Assembly: GCA_028707635.1 (NCBI GenBank)
Contig: JAQWAQ010000004.1
Span: 2,548-66,547 of the forward strand
DNA: 64,000 nt
Reading direction: 5' to 3'
Source of the DNA: Negativicutes bacterium
GTDB taxonomy: Bacteria; Bacillota; Negativicutes; JAAYSF01
The position numbers were made by a program, and so were the translations under genes. Below, piece after piece: positions 60,624 to 64,000 of this stretch. Position 1 is the first letter of the stretch; each line of letters begins with the position of its first letter. A model generated the notes under the pieces. That model was given only the letters and a program-made list of their open reading frames with translations, ran no database searches and was not told where the DNA came from.

Positions 60624-60665
60624 CTGTGTGCGTACAGCGAGGTTTAATTTTTTGGGCTTCATTAT
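60624..60665 (+). terminator. Second hairpin/terminator in the btuB leader
   Basis: CCTCGCTGT gtgcgt ACAGCGAGG followed by TTTAATTTTTT. Confidence 0.5.
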
Positions 60666-60786
60666 TTTTTTTTGGCCGGTTCTTTCAGAAAAGGTCGAAG
60701 AAAACCGGGGACGGCTTGGTGTGTAAGAAAGCTTTACGGTAGACGACAGGCTACTACACCAGGATAAAAAAATTGGAGGATGACGA

Positions 60787-62655
60787 ATGAAAAACCAATT
60801 GGCGAAAATGATCTGCAGCACGTTGGCGGTAGGCTTTCTGGCCATGCCAAGCGTACTGGCGGCGGAAGAAATGATGGAATATAGTCTGGGTGAGGTCATT
60901 GTAACCGCTCAGCGCTATGAAAAGCGTAATATAGATGTGGCGGCTTCGACCGAGATTTTAACTGAAGCCGACTTACGGAACACCGGCGCCAGCAATTTGT
61001 ATGATGCGTTGCGGTTTTCGACCGGCTTGGAAATGCAACAGTATGGTACGGCAGGATCTTCCATGGGAAATATGACTAGCAAAATTGCCATTAGAGGCAA
61101 CAATGGTGGCACGTTGGTACTGATAAACGGGATGCCGCTGAATATTCGCGGTACCTATGATTTAAATGACATACAGGTTGACGACATCGAACGGGTAGAA
61201 ATTATTCGCGGTGGCGGATCAGTTTTATATGGCAGTGAAGCGACCGGCGGGGTCATCAATATCATTACCAAGAAGAAGCGCAGTAATTATTTTAAGACCG
61301 GCTGGGGCAACTACGGTCAGCAAGAGCATACTTTGAGTCTGCAAGCCGATAAGAAGCTAGGCATTGGCTATCAATATTCGGAATGGGGCAAGCGGAATAA
61401 TGTAGACTCCGAAGGGAGAAAATGGATTGGACCGGAGAACAATAGTCTGAGTATCACCTATGCATTTAATGACAAATTAGACTTTTCGTATAATCGGATT
61501 GAGTCACAATATCACTATATTACTATTAAAGATTCTAAAAAGTCCCCAGCCTCTGATATTAAACAAGATATTGATAGAAATAATGCGCAGTTATCTTATC
61601 ATGATGATGATTTTAAAGCAACGGTATATTATGTAGATCGGACACGGGAAAAAGATGCGATCGAAACCACATCAAAGAACCGTTTTGTCGATGAAGAAAA
61701 GAACAAAAATTACGGTCTTGATATGCAGAAAGCTTGGGATATTACCGCCGGAAAAGTTTTATTTGGCGGAACATTCAAGCGGGAAGAATACATACCAGAT
61801 ACAAAAGGAACAATTGTTGAGCGAGAAAATCAAGCGCGCAATAACTTTTCAGCCTATACTCAGTATGAGAAACAGGTAAGCGCTCTGAACACTTGGATTC
61901 TTAGTGCGCGTGAATCTTGGACAACTGGAGCACCAAATGCGCATAACAACACAAACTTCAGCGGCCAAGCGCAGTTTGTCCATAAGATGACTGAAAACGA
62001 AAATCTGTATGCCAGTGTGGGAGAATCCTATAAGATGCCAGATCTGCACCAGATATGGAAATCCGGCGTGAAACAATTGGAACCTCAGACCGGTAGGCAC
62101 TATGAATTGGGCTGGAAGAAAAATTCCGGTATTCATAACTGGCGGGTAGCTGTATTTAATTACAATATTGATGATAATATCAGTGCTACGTTTAATAGCA
62201 AAAAGAATGATTTTGAATATAAAAATGAAAATTTAAAAAATACCGGCATTGAATTGGAATGTACAATTAAACCCAGCCAAAATCCTTTTAGTTATCGCTA
62301 TGCGGTCAGTTATGGGAATCCGAAAACAGAAAATATCGATGCCGCGGGCGTTTCGTTAGGCTGGCAGCCTAATTTTTCCCGATGGGAAGTTAAAGGCGGC
62401 ATAACCTATCAGCAGGATAAATGGCAGGCCGCTATGAACGCTTCGTATATGGCGGATAGAGTTTTAAGCGGCATAGATAAGAAACCATATTTGCTGACAA
62501 ATTTAAATGTAAATTATGCAATGACAAAAGACCGGAGCCTTTTCCTGACGATTAATAATTTGCTTGACCGGGAGGATGTTTCCTACGCTTCAACTTCTGC
62601 TGACTACTACTTTGCGCCGATCAATTATATGATAGGATATAAAATGACATTTTAA
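60787..62655 (+). CDS. btuB: TonB-dependent outer-membrane receptor (BtuB-like cobalamin transporter)
   Basis: Signal peptide, TonB box region (GEVIVTA), plug and 22-strand barrel, with a C-terminal aromatic residue (YKMTF). Controlled by the cobalamin riboswitch. Confidence 0.85.
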   Translation: MKNQLAKMICSTLAVGFLAMPSVLAAEEMMEYSLGEVIVTAQRYEKRNIDVAASTEILTEADLRNTGASNLYDALRFSTGLEMQQYGTAGSSMGNMTSKIAIRGNNGGTLVLINGMPLNIRGTYDLNDIQVDDIERVEIIRGGGSVLYGSEATGGVINIITKKKRSNYFKTGWGNYGQQEHTLSLQADKKLGIGYQYSEWGKRNNVDSEGRKWIGPENNSLSITYAFNDKLDFSYNRIESQYHYITIKDSKKSPASDIKQDIDRNNAQLSYHDDDFKATVYYVDRTREKDAIETTSKNRFVDEEKNKNYGLDMQKAWDITAGKVLFGGTFKREEYIPDTKGTIVERENQARNNFSAYTQYEKQVSALNTWILSARESWTTGAPNAHNNTNFSGQAQFVHKMTENENLYASVGESYKMPDLHQIWKSGVKQLEPQTGRHYELGWKKNSGIHNWRVAVFNYNIDDNISATFNSKKNDFEYKNENLKNTGIELECTIKPSQNPFSYRYAVSYGNPKTENIDAAGVSLGWQPNFSRWEVKGGITYQQDKWQAAMNASYMADRVLSGIDKKPYLLTNLNVNYAMTKDRSLFLTINNLLDREDVSYASTSADYYFAPINYMIGYKMTF

Positions 62656-62669
62656 GTTTATTGGAACTA

Positions 62670-62725
62670 AAGAGGGTGTCGCAAAACACATTTAAAAAAA
62701 AGTTTTACGACACCCTTTTTATAGT
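62670..62725 (+). terminator. btuB terminator
   Basis: AGGGTGTCG...CGACACCCT followed by TTTTTAT. Confidence 0.5.
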
Positions 62726-62812
62726 TGGCAGGACCCTGGGAGCTATTATCGCGGCTGATCTCAAGCAAAAGGTTTCTGAAGAAAAGTTAAATAAATCGGC
62801 AGGAGGTGCCAG

Positions 62813-63451
62813 GTGATAGATTCTTTTAATCATGCTATTGTCTTGTTTGCCAAAGGCGGATTAGTTATGTACCCTCTGTTAGTCTGCTCAATTATCGTTG
62901 TGGCGGTTGTCATTGAACGGTTTTTATATATTTGTAGTGTTCAAACTGACATTACGGCACTAATACCCGAGATTGTCCATAAACTAAAAGCCGGGAATTG
63001 GTATGAAGCTGCCCAGCTTTGTTCCGATACCAACGGAATCGTTGCTTTCGTGCTCGCTCAGGGACTGATCAATCCTGTTCATGACCGCCAGGAACTCGAA
63101 CAAATATTGGAGGGAGCCGCAATACGGGCTGTTGCCAAGCTTCGCCATCGCATCAGCTACCTAGATACCATTGTAACTCTGGCCCCTTTATTGGGATTAT
63201 TAGGGACTGTAATTGGTATGATACAGTCTTTTAGCGTATTAACTATAAAAGCCGGTCAGACATTGGCGATTACAGGCGGTGTTGGTGAAGCGCTAATAGC
63301 TACTGCTACCGGCTTGTGTGTAGCAATCATTGCCTTAGTTGCTCACAGCTATTTGAACCATTGTATTGAAGCCATCATCACCGACATTGAAGAAACGGCC
63401 AATGCTACAGTGACTGCAGCGGTGCAGGGGTGGCAGAATGAAGCTCGATAA
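62813..63451 (+). CDS. exbB: MotA/TolQ/ExbB proton-channel family protein
   Basis: Three TM helices with the conserved ExbB/TolQ C-terminal TM region (LAPLLGLLGTVIGMI). RBS AGGAGGTG; GTG start. Confidence 0.8.
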   Translation: MIDSFNHAIVLFAKGGLVMYPLLVCSIIVVAVVIERFLYICSVQTDITALIPEIVHKLKAGNWYEAAQLCSDTNGIVAFVLAQGLINPVHDRQELEQILEGAAIRAVAKLRHRISYLDTIVTLAPLLGLLGTVIGMIQSFSVLTIKAGQTLAITGGVGEALIATATGLCVAIIALVAHSYLNHCIEAIITDIEETANATVTAAVQGWQNEAR

Positions 63452-63845
63452 ACTGCGCGTCAGGCAATCACCACGGCTCATGATTATTCCCATGATTGAT
63501 ATTATCTTTTTTTTGTTGGTCTTTTTTATGATGAGCACCCTTGATATGGTGGAGCAAAATGTCTTACCCGTAGCATTACCGCAAGCATCTGCATCCAAAT
63601 CCGATCAGACTATTCAAGTACCGATTACCATCACCGTTCAAGGTAAAATTCTATTTGGCCAGGAAGAAATTTCGCCGGACAAGGTGTCTGAGCGCGTCAA
63701 AGATGAGGTATATCAAAATCCGGAAACCTTTTTTGTACTACGGGCCGATCGTCAAGTCGAATATGGCCATGTTATTTGGTTATTGGATGAATTGAAAAGC
63801 TCTGGGGTGCGCCGAGTTTCTGTCGCAACAGAAACCAAGCCCTGA
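63438..63845 (+). CDS. exbD: Biopolymer transport protein ExbD/TolR
   Basis: N-terminal TM (MIIPMIDIIFFLLVFFMM) and periplasmic domain. Overlaps the exbB stop. Confidence 0.85.
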   Translation: MKLDKLRVRQSPRLMIIPMIDIIFFLLVFFMMSTLDMVEQNVLPVALPQASASKSDQTIQVPITITVQGKILFGQEEISPDKVSERVKDEVYQNPETFFVLRADRQVEYGHVIWLLDELKSSGVRRVSVATETKP

Positions 63846-63861
63846 AATGGGAGGTGATTTC

Positions 63862-64000
63862 ATGAGGGGCTGTAAGTATTGGAGGCAGGCCATAAGATTG
63901 TCGGTACTAATGCATTGTTTATTGATTGCCGGTATTGGCTTTTTATCATCTTTAACCTCTGCTTTGCCGGCCGAAAATGAGTATATAGAGATGGAATTGG
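63862..64000 (+). CDS. tonB: Probable TonB-family energy transducer (5' partial, runs off the window)
   Basis: Open frame from the ATG at 63862 with RBS GGGAGGTGA. N-terminal membrane anchor (LSVLMHCLLIAGIGFL) directly after exbB-exbD. No stop codon before the window end. Confidence 0.45.
   Translation, partial: MRGCKYWRQAIRLSVLMHCLLIAGIGFLSSLTSALPAENEYIEMEL

Overview
This window spans the chromosomal replication origin of a spore-forming, diderm Firmicute, probably a Negativicutes (Sporomusa/Pelosinus-like) genome. The evidence is CotF, YyaC and DUF1540 sporulation genes together with a TonB-dependent outer-membrane receptor and ExbB/ExbD/TonB. The conserved origin block is intact: rpmH-rnpA-yidD-yidC-jag-mnmE-mnmG-rsmG-noc on the minus strand, then a DnaA-box cluster, then dnaA, a second DnaA-box/AT-rich region, dnaN, yaaA, recF, a DciA-like gene, remB and gyrB. 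Left of the origin lie soj-spo0J, a lone hydF, a bactofilin/M23-peptidase/DUF4446 cluster and yyaC. Further left are a three-gene split (archaeal-type) glutamate synthase behind a terminator-containing leader, a liv ABC operon, ychF, rpsF-ssb-rpsR, yybS-gdpP-rplI, a Lon-like protease, dnaB, and an M20 amidohydrolase/DcuC pair. The left end holds a KimA K+ transporter and a NirA/Sir-type reductase. Right of gyrB a cobalamin riboswitch controls btuB-exbB-exbD-tonB. The most unusual signal is a roughly 110-bp structured intergenic repeat family present in at least five copies, all in the same chromosomal orientation (5645, 15521, 17078, 39824, 55347). Two AT-rich islets each carry a lone gene: a guanylate-kinase-like gene and a 194-aa orphan. 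Other points are a candidate attenuator RNA ahead of the glutamate synthase operon, a perfect 38-nt palindrome abutting the hydF RBS, and an elongated DciA/DUF721 protein with a zinc ribbon. No CRISPR arrays, tRNA/rRNA genes, transposases or integrases were seen.
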